Positions 31,727 through 43,366 are shown, counted from the first letter of the stretch. The stretch: DNA of 64,000 nt from Longimicrobiales bacterium (GCA_965219445.1 CBDCNQ010000005.1:1280001-1344000), one strand, 5' to 3'. Translations and numbers: made by a program. Notes: generated from the sequence alone by a model not told the origin.

Positions 31727-32674
31727 TCAACGCTGCACGTGGCGCACGAGCCCCCGTACTTCGAGCGAGTCTCCGGCCAGGACCACCGTACCGGTGACTT
31801 GGTAGAGACCGTTGACCGGAAGGATGGGCCCCTCGCCCACCTGCGCCCGGAGCTCCATGCCGGCACTGGCCAGCGTGAGTTCCATCTCGCCGTCGGGCGA
31901 TCGGACTCCCCACTCGACGGGTACGTCTCTGCGCGCCTCCTCGAACGACCTCACCGAGTGCCACACCACATGCACGTCCGGCCATCGAAACTCGTCTTCT
32001 CCTATTCTGCCCCAGGCCGTATAGGTGGGTGAGCCCCCCGGGGACTCGACCACAATAGCCAGGCGCCGGAGGCCGGTAACGAACATCCACTCGCCCGGTT
32101 GGGGACCCTCTCTCAGGCGTGCCCGGTTCATGTCCAGCACCAGTCCTGGAACCCGTTGGTCCCCGAAGATGGCCGCGCCCTGATGTAGCCTGAACGTTTC
32201 CCCCCGATTCCCGCTCCAATCCGACACCCCCTCATCGATCACGACCTCGAGTTGCCTCTGTCCCTCCTCAAACAGGATCCGCTCCAGGGTGCCGCCCGCA
32301 CCGACGACGAGATCCATGGGGCCTCGCGGTTGAATTCGGAACGGCGTCCGGGTCGGCCCGGCAGTCCACTCATCGTGGAAGAAAGGCTCCCATAGTCCCG
32401 CTCGAGCGAGCCAGCCCTCCGTCGACCGCTCCACACCTTCCGCGGAGGAGGAGGTCTGGAAAAACCACGGCACGACGATGGCGCTATCGGCGTCCACCGT
32501 CATGAACACTACGTTCCTTTCGTAGAGGCCGTCCTCGATGTTCCGTTCCGCATTCGCGCTCGGTTGTAGACCCGGCTCGGTTACCGGTGGCGCGGGGGCA
32601 TCTCCGCGGCAGGCGGACAGAAGTGCGCAGAGTGCGAGGGAGGCACGACCGTGAATGGCCAACCCTTCCCGCAT
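31727..32674 (-). CDS. Hypothetical lipoprotein
   Basis: LSAC lipobox; coupled to upstream gene. Confidence 0.65.
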   Translation of the reverse strand: MREGLAIHGRASLALCALLSACRGDAPAPPVTEPGLQPSANAERNIEDGLYERNVVFMTVDADSAIVVPWFFQTSSSAEGVERSTEGWLARAGLWEPFFHDEWTAGPTRTPFRIQPRGPMDLVVGAGGTLERILFEEGQRQLEVVIDEGVSDWSGNRGETFRLHQGAAIFGDQRVPGLVLDMNRARLREGPQPGEWMFVTGLRRLAIVVESPGGSPTYTAWGRIGEDEFRWPDVHVVWHSVRSFEEARRDVPVEWGVRSPDGEMELTLASAGMELRAQVGEGPILPVNGLYQVTGTVVLAGDSLEVRGLVRHVQR

Positions 32675-33123
32675 CAGGCCTGTCGGGTCAGGCGTGCGGT
32701 TTCCCGCGGATCAAGGATCTTGCCGTGCCCGGCGTCGAGTAACCGATCGAGTTTCTTGAAAAATCGCCCGACGCGGCGGGCGTTCATGCCCAGATCCCCG
32801 CGACGCTTCTTGGAGCCGGCTCGAACGTCGACCCGAGTCAGCCCGTTCTCGTCCAGCCCGACACGAATTTCGAGAATGTCTTCGAAGCGGAAGACCAGGG
32901 TGGTACATCGAACCCGAATAAAGCCCACGAGATCGTCCGCCTGCAGCAGTCTCCAGCGGTTGTGCTCGGCGACGAATTTCAAACAGGTGCGCCAGACTTC
33001 CTCGAACGGGATGGCGTAGGTTCGGCCGATCAGCCGCGGGTCCTCGGACCAGGGGTTGGTTTCAGCCCGATACTTTGTCAGAGCTCTGGCGAGGCGTGAC
33101 GTGAACAAACGCTTACCCTCCAA
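32674..33123 (-). CDS. DUF1499 family protein
   Basis: T..FRF.D, VDVR..S....GDLG.NARR. Confidence 0.8.
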   Translation of the reverse strand: MEGKRLFTSRLARALTKYRAETNPWSEDPRLIGRTYAIPFEEVWRTCLKFVAEHNRWRLLQADDLVGFIRVRCTTLVFRFEDILEIRVGLDENGLTRVDVRAGSKKRRGDLGMNARRVGRFFKKLDRLLDAGHGKILDPRETARLTRQA

Positions 33124-33221
33124 TGCGATAACGAATGGGGGTCGCTCTCTTGACCCGGACTCGCTGCCAGTGTTCCATAGTGTCTCGACGGTCCTCGTTC
33201 GTAGAAACCATAGCCATATTC

Positions 33222-34223
33222 ATGAAAGCGATTATTCCGCTCGCTGGAAAGGGTACTCGTCTCCGTCCGCACACGCTTGTCACGCCCAAACCGCTGATTC
33301 GTGTCGCCGGACGGCCGGTCATGAGCTACATCCTCGATGACCTGGCCGAGCTCGGAGTGAACGAAATCGTCTTCGTGGTCGGTTACATGCGAGAGGCCAT
33401 CGAGAGCTACGTTGCCGAGGCGTATCCGGACATCACGGCTCACTACGTTGTCCAGGAAATTCAGGACGGGACCGCCGGCGCCGTACAGCTGGCGGAGCCG
33501 TACGTGGACGAGGATGTCCTCATCCTCTTCGTGGACACCCTCTTCGATGCGGATCTCGGGCTGGTTCACGGCGTTCCCGAGACCACGGGGGGCATCATCT
33601 GGGCCAAGGAGGTCGAGGATTACCAGCGCTACGGTGTGATCCTCATCGACGAGGAGGGCCACATGCTCCGAATCGTCGAGAAACCCTCGGAGCCGATCTC
33701 CAAGCTCGCCAACATCGGCCTCTATTACATGAAGGACTGGCAGCTCCTTTTCGAGGGAATCCACCACACACTCGACGCCGACCCCGGACCGTCCGGGGAG
33801 TTCTATCTGACCGACGCCTTCCAGTACATGGTCGACCACGGCTCGAAGATCCAGGTCGCGCCTGTAGCGGGCTGGTACGACTGCGGGAAGCCGGAGACCC
33901 TACTCGACACGAATCGGCATTTGCTACTCGGAGGGCGGGGGGGAATCGCGGACTCTGCGACCGTGGAGGGCTCGACGGTGAACGATCCCGTTCGCGTGGA
34001 GCAGGGTGCCGTGGTGCGCAACACGTTGCTCGGGCCTAACGTGACGGTTGAAGCGGGAGCCCAAGTCGAAGACTCCACCGTGTCCGACACCATTCTGGGC
34101 TCTGGCTGCACGGTCATCGGCTCCACGCTCCGCGGCTCTCTCGTGGGCGCGGAGTCGAGGGTCATGGCGTACCGGGGACGGCTCAGTCTCGGCGACCACT
34201 CGGAGGTGGAGGGGGAGGGCTAG
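33222..34223 (+). CDS. Sugar-phosphate nucleotidyltransferase (glucose-1-phosphate thymidylyltransferase-like, long form)
   Basis: LAGKGTRLRP.T...PKPL, EKP, WYDCG, C-terminal hexapeptide repeats. Confidence 0.9.
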   Translation: MKAIIPLAGKGTRLRPHTLVTPKPLIRVAGRPVMSYILDDLAELGVNEIVFVVGYMREAIESYVAEAYPDITAHYVVQEIQDGTAGAVQLAEPYVDEDVLILFVDTLFDADLGLVHGVPETTGGIIWAKEVEDYQRYGVILIDEEGHMLRIVEKPSEPISKLANIGLYYMKDWQLLFEGIHHTLDADPGPSGEFYLTDAFQYMVDHGSKIQVAPVAGWYDCGKPETLLDTNRHLLLGGRGGIADSATVEGSTVNDPVRVEQGAVVRNTLLGPNVTVEAGAQVEDSTVSDTILGSGCTVIGSTLRGSLVGAESRVMAYRGRLSLGDHSEVEGEG

Positions 34224-34232
34224 AGCGGGCTG

Positions 34233-35444
34233 TCAGGCCAGCCCGGACACCAGCAGAACAGTTTGGAGCGCCCGCTGGATTCCCACCGGACCGCCTTCGT
34301 TGCGATACCACTCACGGGTGGTGTGGACTTCTCCCGCCGAACCGCCGGCTCCCAGAGTGATCGCCGGGATTCCCAGCGACATTGGAAGGTTTGCGTCGGT
34401 CGAGGCAGCCGTGACCTGTGGCTCGACCCCCGACGCGCGTGTGGCTGCGAGCGCGGCCTCCACGAGCGGGGAATCCAAGTCCGTGGCGCCGGTCGGTCGG
34501 TGGCCCACCATGCGCACCTCGAGGGCGAGCCGACCATTCCGCCCGGTCACACCGGAGTTCTCCTCGGCCAGGGACCGATCCATCACTGCCCGTAGACGCT
34601 CTTCGCCATCGGCGAGATGCCGACTCGATTCACTCCGAAGGTCCAATTCGGCCCAGGCCTCGGCCGGGACCGCGTTGACGCTCGTCCCTCCCCCCCACCT
34701 TGCTACCGTGAGACTCAGTGGCGGATCCGTCGGTGTCGGCCACGACGCCAGGGCGCCCACTGCACGCCCGATCGCGTGAATCGGATTGGGTGAGCTCCGG
34801 TCGATCCACGAGTGTCCCCCCCGACCGCGGAGGGCGACCCGAAAGCGCCGTGCTCCCAGGCCTTTCGTCACCACGTAGTTGAGTCCAGCTCCGTCCAGAG
34901 AGATGAAGCCGGCGGCCGCCGACGCCAAGCCACCGGTACGGAAGAGGTGGCGCACACCGCGGAGGTCTCCACTCCCCTCTTCCCCGACCGTAGCGGCGAA
35001 CAGGATGGGATGGCGGGTGGTGATGCCCGTCTGCGACAGGGCCCTAGCGACCGTCACCAGGGCGGCAAGGCCCCGCGCATCGTCGGAGATACCCGGAGCC
35101 CGCAGCACCTTGCCGTCGGCGTGTACCGTCAGGTCCGTGCCGGCCGGGAAAACGGTGTCCAGGTGCGCCGACAGGACCAGCGGCTCTCGATCCTCCACTC
35201 CAGGACGGAGCGCCAAAACATTACCCACCGCGTCCCGCTCAACGTTGGTCAGGCCCGCCTCACCGAGGAGCTCCGCCAGACGGCGCCCTCGGGTCTCCTC
35301 GCCGAACGGCGGGGCCGGGATCTGTGTGAGATCGATCTGGTGGACGAGCGTCTGGTCGTCCGTGGCGACGATGTGCTCGTTCGCCGCTCGGACGTCCCCT
35401 TGCTCCAGCAGCTGGGTAACGGACAGCATCGTGTCGGGCAACAT
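34233..35444 (-). CDS. M20/M25/M40 family metallopeptidase
   Basis: AHLDTV, DD, GEEG, GGHS, STDAN, H...E. Confidence 0.9.
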   Translation of the reverse strand: MLPDTMLSVTQLLEQGDVRAANEHIVATDDQTLVHQIDLTQIPAPPFGEETRGRRLAELLGEAGLTNVERDAVGNVLALRPGVEDREPLVLSAHLDTVFPAGTDLTVHADGKVLRAPGISDDARGLAALVTVARALSQTGITTRHPILFAATVGEEGSGDLRGVRHLFRTGGLASAAAGFISLDGAGLNYVVTKGLGARRFRVALRGRGGHSWIDRSSPNPIHAIGRAVGALASWPTPTDPPLSLTVARWGGGTSVNAVPAEAWAELDLRSESSRHLADGEERLRAVMDRSLAEENSGVTGRNGRLALEVRMVGHRPTGATDLDSPLVEAALAATRASGVEPQVTAASTDANLPMSLGIPAITLGAGGSAGEVHTTREWYRNEGGPVGIQRALQTVLLVSGLA

Positions 35445-35553
35445 CAAGGGAAGCTCGGGGCCGACTCCTGCTCCGTCAAACTCGGGGGCGTGGGCGAGTG
35501 CCGTGACGCCGTGCGTTCCTGTATCTTGAGCTCCCCCGATCGCGGAGGTGACG

Positions 35554-36252
35554 ATGAAATGCTGGGTCGGTACGAGTGGCTTTTCCTACAAGGAGTGGAA
35601 GGGCTCCTTCTATCCGGAGGATCTCTCCAATGATCGGATGCTCGCTTATTACGGAGAGCGGCTGAACGCCGTCGAGATCAACAACACCTTCTATCGAATG
35701 CCCAAGCGGACGACGCTCGCCGATTGGGCGGGTAAGGTTCCGGACGACTTCTCGTTCGTGCTCAAGGCATCCCGCAAGATCACGCATTTCAAGAGGCTCA
35801 AGGACACCCAGGACGAACTGGGTTATCTCGTGGATGTGTCCACTGAGCTCGGCGCGCGCCTAGGCCCCATCCTCTTCCAGCTTCCGCCCAACCTGAAGAT
35901 CGACGTGGAGCGTCTACGGGACTTCGTGTCCCTCTTTCCGGCGGGGCTCCGGGCCGCCTTCGAGTTCCGGCACGACTCCTGGTTTGCCGACGAGACCTAT
36001 AGCGTACTCGGTGACGCGGGGGCGGCCCTCGTCACGGCGGACACGGGGACGGATGAGCCGGCGGACGTGGTCGCGACGGCTCCATACGGGTACCTGCGTC
36101 TGCGTCGAGAGGCCTACGAGCCGGGTGACGTGGCCCGCTGGGCGCGCGTCGTCTCGGATCAGGAGTGGGAGGACGCCTTCGTCTTCTTCAAACACGAAGA
36201 CGCGGGTGCCGGTCCCGCGCTCGCGGAGCGCTTCGTGGCCGAACTCGCGTGA
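35554..36252 (+). CDS. DUF72 family protein
   Basis: GTSGFSY.EW...FYP, VEINNTFY, LFQLPP, EFRH.SW. Confidence 0.92.
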   Translation: MKCWVGTSGFSYKEWKGSFYPEDLSNDRMLAYYGERLNAVEINNTFYRMPKRTTLADWAGKVPDDFSFVLKASRKITHFKRLKDTQDELGYLVDVSTELGARLGPILFQLPPNLKIDVERLRDFVSLFPAGLRAAFEFRHDSWFADETYSVLGDAGAALVTADTGTDEPADVVATAPYGYLRLRREAYEPGDVARWARVVSDQEWEDAFVFFKHEDAGAGPALAERFVAELA

Positions 36253-36298
36253 CTCACCGGCCGCCCATCGCGACCCGCCCCCCTTTCCGATCACCCTT

Positions 36299-37090
<792 letters not shown>

Positions 37091-37102
37091 TCGTTCAACT
37101 CC

Positions 37103-37474
37103 CTAGCCGCGCAGATAGTCATCCGCCCCCGTCAGCCAGTCCTGCCTGGGAGGCACGAATATGTCCAGATCCAGGGTGTCCTCCAGCGCCTCCGCGCTGT
37201 GAGGGACGTTGGACGGAATATGTAGCACCTCTCCGGCGTGCACGACCACCTCCTCCGATTGATCGTCTCCGATCCGGAAGAGCAGGGCCCCCTCGAGAAC
37301 GTAGGCGAATTGCTCGTTCTCGTGGCTGTGCTTGGGCACAACGACTCCCTTGTCGATGTAAATGTGGGCGAGCATGCCCTTCTCTCCGTTCACCCAGTTC
37401 CGGCTCAAACCGGGTTTGAGCTCCTCCTTGGGGAGGCTCTCCCATGAAACGTGTCGAACAGGGGAATCACTCAT
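37103..37474 (-). CDS. Cupin domain protein
   Basis: HSH.NEQ, G....IP..VPH, DIF.P.R.D. Confidence 0.9.
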   Translation of the reverse strand: MSDSPVRHVSWESLPKEELKPGLSRNWVNGEKGMLAHIYIDKGVVVPKHSHENEQFAYVLEGALLFRIGDDQSEEVVVHAGEVLHIPSNVPHSAEALEDTLDLDIFVPPRQDWLTGADDYLRG

Positions 37475-37659
37475 GTTGGGATCCGGTCGGGGTTGGCTGG
37501 TCGCAGTCCAGCGTTGGGCGCTGATGATCAGCGTTGGGAGCTAATAGAACCGCCCTGGTTTGGTGGGGGCAAGATGGCCTGCGGGGATGTGGTTGGAACA
37601 GCCTCCCGGGGTGAAGGATTTGCTTGGAGTCGCTACCTCTCCTCTCCCAAGGATATGCA

Positions 37660-38727
37660 ATGATCCGCGTCTCTTCTAAACCCGTTCGGACTCTCATGAT
37701 GAGCCTGACTGTTGCGGTTCTATTGCAGCCGCTCGAGACACAGTCGCTGGAGGCTTCTACACAGGAACGTCCGAGTATAGCGGGGTCCGATGCGTGGAAG
37801 ACCGATTTCAGCAGGCACACGGTGCCCTTCGAGGAGTTTGTGTCCGGTGGCCCACCGAAGGACGGCATCCGTTCCGTTGATAATCCGTCGTTCATCACGG
37901 TCCGGGAGGCCGATGGGTGGCTGGCCGACCGGGATCCGGTAGCCCTGATGAGCCTGAACGGGGAGGCCAAGGCCTATCCACTTTCGATCCTGATTTGGCA
38001 TGAGATCGTGAACGACGAGATCGGTGGACGCCCCGTGAGCGTCACGTACTGTCCTCTTTGCAACACGACCATCGCGTTCGATCGGGAATTTCGGGGTAGG
38101 ACCTTGGACTTCGGTACCACGGGCCGGCTTCGTCACTCCGACCTGGTCATGTACGACCGGCAGACCGAGACCTGGTGGCAGCAGGCCACGGGTGAGGGGC
38201 TCGTAGGGGAGCACGCCGGAGAGCAGCTCACCTTCATGCCCATCACGGTCATGAGTTGGAGAGCCGTGAAGGAGCAGAGACCGTCGGCTCGGGTGCTTTC
38301 TAGGGACACGGGATTTCCCCGAACCTTTACGCGGCGTTACGGCACCAGTCCGTACGAGGGCTACGATCGCGGGAGCGGTCCCTGGCGGCAGTTCTTCCGC
38401 TTCGGGCGGGAGGACGGACGGCTCCCCGCCATGGAGCGTATCGTCGCTCTAGAAGACGGCAATGAGCATCTGGCAGTGCCGTTTTCGGTCCTGGCCGAGA
38501 AGCGCGTCGCCAACGTCGAGGTCGGTGGTCTCGATGTCGTGGTGTTCTGGGCTCCCGGAACGGCCAGTGCCGTGGACAACTCGACGATTGCCAGGGGTCG
38601 AGACGTGGGTTCGTCCAGCACGTTCTCTCCCGAGTTCGGCGGGCGCCGCTTGACGTTCGAGCCGGCGTGTTCCGTCCCGAGACGGAGATTTGGCGGGGGC
38701 GTTAGGAAGGCCTCAACAGCCTTCTGA
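37660..38727 (+). pseudogene. DUF3179 family protein with apparent C-terminal deletion and frameshift
   Basis: GGPPKDGI, YCPLC, L..SDLVMYDRQTE..W.Q; family-like ending VFRPETEIW lies in another frame (38667-38705). Confidence 0.65.
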
Positions 38728-38798
38728 AGTTCCCTAGCCCGGTGCGGCCGGTTGTGCGATCCTTGATTTCACCGGGTTGGTGGAATCGAGGAGAACTC

Positions 38799-39227
38799 GT
38801 GTCCGACAGATCCAACATCTCCGAGGCCCGCTGGCGAGAGATTCTCACGCCAGAGCAGTTCGAGATCCTGAGAGAAAAGGGCACCGAGCGGGCCTTCACA
38901 GGCGCCTACTGTGACGTCAAGGATCCCGGAACCTATCGATGCGCGGGCTGCAGCGAGGCCTTGTTCAGCTCGGAGTCCAAATTCGATTCGGGCAGTGGCT
39001 GGCCGAGCTTCTACGAGGCGATCGAGGGCGGACGGGTCCGGACAGAGGAGGATCACACCCTCGGGATGCGACGGGTGGAGGTCCTGTGTGCTAGCTGTGA
39101 CGGGCATCTGGGGCACGTCTTCCCCGACGGCCCGGCCCCAACGGGTGTCCGTTACTGCATCAACTCGGCGGCGCTGGCGCTGGACCCGGAAGAAGCGCCG
39201 GATGAAAAAGCTTCCTCCGAGGAGTGA
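38799..39227 (+). CDS. msrB: Peptide-methionine (R)-S-oxide reductase
   Basis: GTE.AF, KFDSG.GWPSF, HLGHVF.DGP, RYCINS. Confidence 0.97.
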   Translation: MSDRSNISEARWREILTPEQFEILREKGTERAFTGAYCDVKDPGTYRCAGCSEALFSSESKFDSGSGWPSFYEAIEGGRVRTEEDHTLGMRRVEVLCASCDGHLGHVFPDGPAPTGVRYCINSAALALDPEEAPDEKASSEE

Positions 39228-39231
39228 GCCC

Positions 39232-39819
39232 ATGAAGGTAGGCACGCTGCTTGCAGCAGTCTTGGCGTTCGGGTGCGGTGGAAACGCCCCAGCCCCGGTC
39301 GCGGGAGATTCCGAGGGATTCGTACCGGATCTACGCGGCAGGCAGGTGATGGTGTTCCCCGTGCAGATCCAGGCGGGCGTCCCGGGAGACGCTAACCCTG
39401 AAATCGTTTTTGCGCTTCAGGCCAGAGGGGCGGAGGTCGATTGGATTTTTCCGAACGAGCTCGAGGCCCTTCTGGCGCGCTCTCCGTCGGTCGACAGCGC
39501 GGTGAGAGGACTGCCCGTGGGCATCTTTCTCAGGGCCGAGGTACAGCGGATCGGTGATCCGCTGTACGGTCAGCTTCGCCGACTGGCCGCGCTGACAGGC
39601 TCGGACATCGCCTTGATTCCGGTGGCGGTCCGCCCTGGAGCGGAGGGGGTGGGAGGGGTGTCGGTCGTTGAGATCGCCGCGACCCTCTTGAATGTACGGA
39701 CCGGACAGGTGATCTGGTTCGGGATCGTTGCGGGCAGGCCGGGCTCGGTCGCCGACTTCGGGTCGGTGGCCTCCGCGGTGGAGGCCTTGGCCGAAACGTT
39801 GTTGTGGTATCTGCAGTAA
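39232..39819 (+). CDS. Hypothetical lipoprotein
   Basis: GGAG RBS, AFGC lipobox. Confidence 0.7.
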   Translation: MKVGTLLAAVLAFGCGGNAPAPVAGDSEGFVPDLRGRQVMVFPVQIQAGVPGDANPEIVFALQARGAEVDWIFPNELEALLARSPSVDSAVRGLPVGIFLRAEVQRIGDPLYGQLRRLAALTGSDIALIPVAVRPGAEGVGGVSVVEIAATLLNVRTGQVIWFGIVAGRPGSVADFGSVASAVEALAETLLWYLQ

Positions 39820-39878
39820 GAAGTGACACAAGTTGGAACAGAGTGACAACGATAATTAAATAGCGACGGGATGTTTCG

Positions 39879-40385
39879 ATGACCCTTGAAGCGATTATAG
39901 ATGTGCTGGCCGTGAGCCTCATCCTTGCTCCCCTAGGGTGCGGGGAGGCCGATCTTGCCTTGCCCTCTGAGAACGACGTGGGGGCTCACTACGTGAGTGC
40001 GTCCGACGTATCCGTCCGCATGAGCGGCAACATCGCGGAGCTCACGGTCGATCAGCCCCTCCGGCAGGTGCGCAGGGGCGGCTCTCTTTGGGCCAAGGTC
40101 GGACCCTACATCTACCTTTTCTCGGACCAGACGGAGACTCTGTTACGGGAGTACCCTGCGTTGTCCGGTGTTCGGGTTATCACACGTACGGGCCGGGACG
40201 AGACGGAAGTGGCGCGAGCCTTTCTCCACAGGGATTCGTTGAACGAGCTCACCTGGAGACGTGCGAGGAACATCGCAGGGAAGGCCCGGACGGAGGGGAC
40301 CCGGCGTCCCGTGCTGTTGGAAGACCTCGTCGAGTGGGGTCAAGAACATACAGAGTTCGGGTACAGCGAGGAGTTCATCAAGTAG
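39879..40385 (+). CDS. Hypothetical protein, possible lipoprotein
   Basis: LGC lipobox-like segment; start uncertain. Confidence 0.6.
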   Translation: MTLEAIIDVLAVSLILAPLGCGEADLALPSENDVGAHYVSASDVSVRMSGNIAELTVDQPLRQVRRGGSLWAKVGPYIYLFSDQTETLLREYPALSGVRVITRTGRDETEVARAFLHRDSLNELTWRRARNIAGKARTEGTRRPVLLEDLVEWGQEHTEFGYSEEFIK

Positions 40386-40406
40386 GCTTGTGATGAAGGC
40401 GCTGAT

Positions 40407-40745
40407 GTGATTCGCAAGGACCTCCACGCCCTCGAGGCGACGTGCCGGCGTTGCCGTCAGACCAAGCCCCGGCAGGACCTCGATCGGCTGCTCTGGTGCG
40501 AGGCCTGCGTGGCGAAGGCTCACGCCCGTGCCGTCTCTCAGAGCTGGTATGTCGGCCTCGTGGTTGCGGTGGTGCTGGCGCTGTGGATCTGGCTGTACAT
40601 CCAACCCTCGAACCTGGTGATCGGCGGGTGGATCGGAACGGTCGTGGGCGCCCTCTACGTGAGTTCGCGGGTGGCGCGCGAGGTGATCTACGCAGTTGCG
40701 CGGATACGTGGCGGTCCCGACGTGGAGGCGGTCCCTCCCGAGTAG
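40407..40745 (+). CDS. Hypothetical membrane protein with two CxxC motifs
   Basis: CRRC...CEAC followed by two TM helices. Confidence 0.65.
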   Translation: MIRKDLHALEATCRRCRQTKPRQDLDRLLWCEACVAKAHARAVSQSWYVGLVVAVVLALWIWLYIQPSNLVIGGWIGTVVGALYVSSRVAREVIYAVARIRGGPDVEAVPPE

Positions 40746-40805
40746 GGGATGTACTAAGTTTCTCCTTCTGATTTCGGGCGCTCGAACCCAGAGTGAGGCA
40801 CACGT

Positions 40806-41990
40806 ATGGTCGGCAAATTCCAGGGGACGGACTTCTACGACGTGGACTCGCTCCTGAGTGAGGAGGAGCGCATGATCCGCGACACGGTCCGTGAGTGGGT
40901 CGAGGAGCGCGTCATACCCCTCATCGGCCAGGCGTACATCGAGCGGCGCTTCCCCAATGAGCTCATCCCCGACTTGGGTGAGATGGGCATGCTGGGCGCG
41001 AATCTTCCGGAGGAGTACGGGTGCGCCGGCCTCAACAACATGGCGTACGGTCTCATCGCCCAGGAGCTCGAGCGGGGCGACTCCGGTATCCGTTCCTTCG
41101 TTTCGGTACAGAGCGGTCTGGTCATGTATCCCATCCTTGCCTTCGGGAGCGAGGAGCAAAAGCAGGAGTGGCTGCCCGGGCTGGCTGCGGCTGAGAAGAT
41201 CGGCTGTTTCGGACTCAGCGAGCCCGACTACGGGTCGAATCCGGCGGGCATGATCACCACCGCCAAGAAGACCGACGACGGGTGGCTGCTGAACGGCACC
41301 AAGATGTGGATCACCAACGGGTCCATGGCGGATGTCGCCATCGTCTGGGCGCAAACAGGTGAAATCGGCGACGCCAAAGGGATCCGCGGATTCGTTGTCC
41401 CCACGGATGTCGACGGTTTCTCCGCCCGAGACCAGAAGGGAAAACTGTCGCTGCTGGCGTCCGATACGAGCGAGCTGCATCTGGAGGACATCCACCTTCC
41501 CGACCGCGCCCTTCTGCCCGAGAGCGACGGGCTCAAGAGCCCTCTCGAGTGCCTCACCCAAGCCCGCTTCGGCATCGCCTTCGGTGCGGTGGGCGCCGCG
41601 ATGGCTTGCTTCGACGAGGCCAGCAGCTACTCAAAGGAGCGGGTGATGTTCGACGGTCCCATCGGGGGCAAGCAGATCCAGCAAATCCGGCTGGCGGATA
41701 TGCTGACCAAGATCACGCAAGCCCAGCTCCTGTGCGTACAGCTCGGCCGGCTCAAGGACGCCGGCACCATGACGCCCCAGCAGGTGTCCCTCGCCAAGCG
41801 CGCCAACGTCGACATGGCCTGCGACATCGCCCGGGAGGCCCGGCGGCTCCTGGGCGCCAACGGCATACTGATCGAGTATCACTCGATGCGGCACATGGCC
41901 AACCTGGAATCGGTTTACACGTACGAGGGCACGCACGACATCCACGGGCTGGTTCTGGGGCAAGCGGTGACGGGGATCGCGGCGTACTGA
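40806..41990 (+). CDS. Acyl-CoA dehydrogenase, glutaryl-CoA dehydrogenase-like
   Basis: ELERGDSG.RS, GCFGLSEP, KMWITN, LGANGI, YEGT.DIH. Confidence 0.9.
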   Translation: MVGKFQGTDFYDVDSLLSEEERMIRDTVREWVEERVIPLIGQAYIERRFPNELIPDLGEMGMLGANLPEEYGCAGLNNMAYGLIAQELERGDSGIRSFVSVQSGLVMYPILAFGSEEQKQEWLPGLAAAEKIGCFGLSEPDYGSNPAGMITTAKKTDDGWLLNGTKMWITNGSMADVAIVWAQTGEIGDAKGIRGFVVPTDVDGFSARDQKGKLSLLASDTSELHLEDIHLPDRALLPESDGLKSPLECLTQARFGIAFGAVGAAMACFDEASSYSKERVMFDGPIGGKQIQQIRLADMLTKITQAQLLCVQLGRLKDAGTMTPQQVSLAKRANVDMACDIAREARRLLGANGILIEYHSMRHMANLESVYTYEGTHDIHGLVLGQAVTGIAAY

Positions 41991-42018
41991 GGGGGAGGGG
42001 AGCCGATCCGGTCGACAC

Positions 42019-42046
42019 TTGACCGCCTCTGGGGGTCGGGTAGCTT
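42019..42046 (+). promoter_or_regulatory. Putative promoter of the tRNA
   Basis: TTGACC-N16-TAGCTT about 25 nt upstream of the tRNA. Confidence 0.5.
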
Positions 42047-42070
42047 TTGACGCTCTCCCTTTGGGGAGAC

Positions 42071-42143
42071 GCCTCGCTAGCTCAACTGGCAGAGCAACTG
42101 ATTCTTAATCAGTAGGTTCGGGGTTCGAGTCCCTGGCGGGGCA
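42071..42143 (+). tRNA. tRNA-Lys (anticodon CTT); CCA not encoded
   Basis: Acceptor GCCTCGC/GCGGGGC, TAGCTCA D-arm, ACTGA-TTCTTAA-TCAGT anticodon arm, GGTTCGAGTCC T-arm. Confidence 0.95.
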
Positions 42144-42583
42144 CTGCAAGGGGCTCCGTGATCCACCCTCCGGGCCGCCTCTCTCCTGTTATCCATACCA
42201 GCTTCGTGGCGGGAGAACGGGACACTAGACCTCCTGTGAAGGGCGGCCGCCGATAGATGGATCGCCCCTCTCCCCGTCCCTTCGGCCGGCGATTCCACTT
42301 GACCCCTTGGGCGACGACGCCTGTTATACCGTAGTGACGCGCCGGAGTTCGAAGCCGTCGCCAGATCCAGATAAGGTGGTCCAACATATTGTACCGAACT
42401 CGCTTAGTCGTTGACATGGAGTGGTTCATTCGCCCTGGCATGCCAGCCCGCCAGCACAGTGCGCGCGCGTGAAGGAGGTTCCCATGCGTCTCAAGGCTTG
42501 CGCGCGATCAGGCTCTATCGGACCAGTCGGTCGCGCTTATCGAGACAGGGCGGGTCAAGGGGAGTTATCGAGAGGGGAGACCA

Positions 42584-43366
42584 ATGAACGAATCGCAAGA
42601 CAGCTCACTATCCTGTTCGTTCACCAATCTCGCGAGTGCAATTGAGGAGCCGGATTCACTCGTGCGCGAGATGACATTTACGAATAGGGAAATCCTCTTT
42701 CAAATTCCGACAGTCGACTTTGCATTTCAGGTGCTTGAAGCAGCAAAGGCTACCCTCCTCCTGCAACTGACTGCTGTGCCGAGGACAAATTGGGCAACAG
42801 CTCGACTTGCGTTCGAATCAGTGCACGACCTGTTCTATCTCATGAATCTTTGTCCTGATCGCCAAGCTGCAGGCGCGAAGATCTACGTGGGAGCGATGAT
42901 CGCGAGGAAACGGGCTCATGACAGGTTGCGCGGTTTGGCAGAGATTCAGGAGGAGGACGTCGAGAGCGAAGTGCCGGGACTCCGGGACTACGTCCGGGCC
43001 CAAGCGAAGGAGATAGAGGAGATCGATCCGGGGGCTGAGGAAGCTATCGTGCGGGCCCTCGAGGAGAGACTCCGCGGCGGAGACCATCATTGGTCGGGAT
43101 TACCGAGACGCCAGATGACCAAGCGTATCAGAGACGAGCTCCACAATCGTGAACTCGCGGAGATGTTCGAAGCCTATTATTACGTGCTGTCCGTCAAAGC
43201 GCATCCAAGCCTACGTATTGGTGATGCGGTAAGGCTCGAACGAGGGCATCTTAGAATCATCCCAGATCCGCCGGATGACGCTACGTGCGGGGTAGCGTGT
43301 GCCGCAGTGCAAACCGCTGTGCAATTGCTGAAGGATCACTCCGATGGGTCTTCCAGTCGTCCATAA
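42584..43366 (+). CDS. Hypothetical protein, DUF5677-like helical fold
   Basis: AR..FE.....YL and Y..LS...HP pattern; GAGGGGAG RBS. Confidence 0.55.
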   Translation: MNESQDSSLSCSFTNLASAIEEPDSLVREMTFTNREILFQIPTVDFAFQVLEAAKATLLLQLTAVPRTNWATARLAFESVHDLFYLMNLCPDRQAAGAKIYVGAMIARKRAHDRLRGLAEIQEEDVESEVPGLRDYVRAQAKEIEEIDPGAEEAIVRALEERLRGGDHHWSGLPRRQMTKRIRDELHNRELAEMFEAYYYVLSVKAHPSLRIGDAVRLERGHLRIIPDPPDDATCGVACAAVQTAVQLLKDHSDGSSSRP

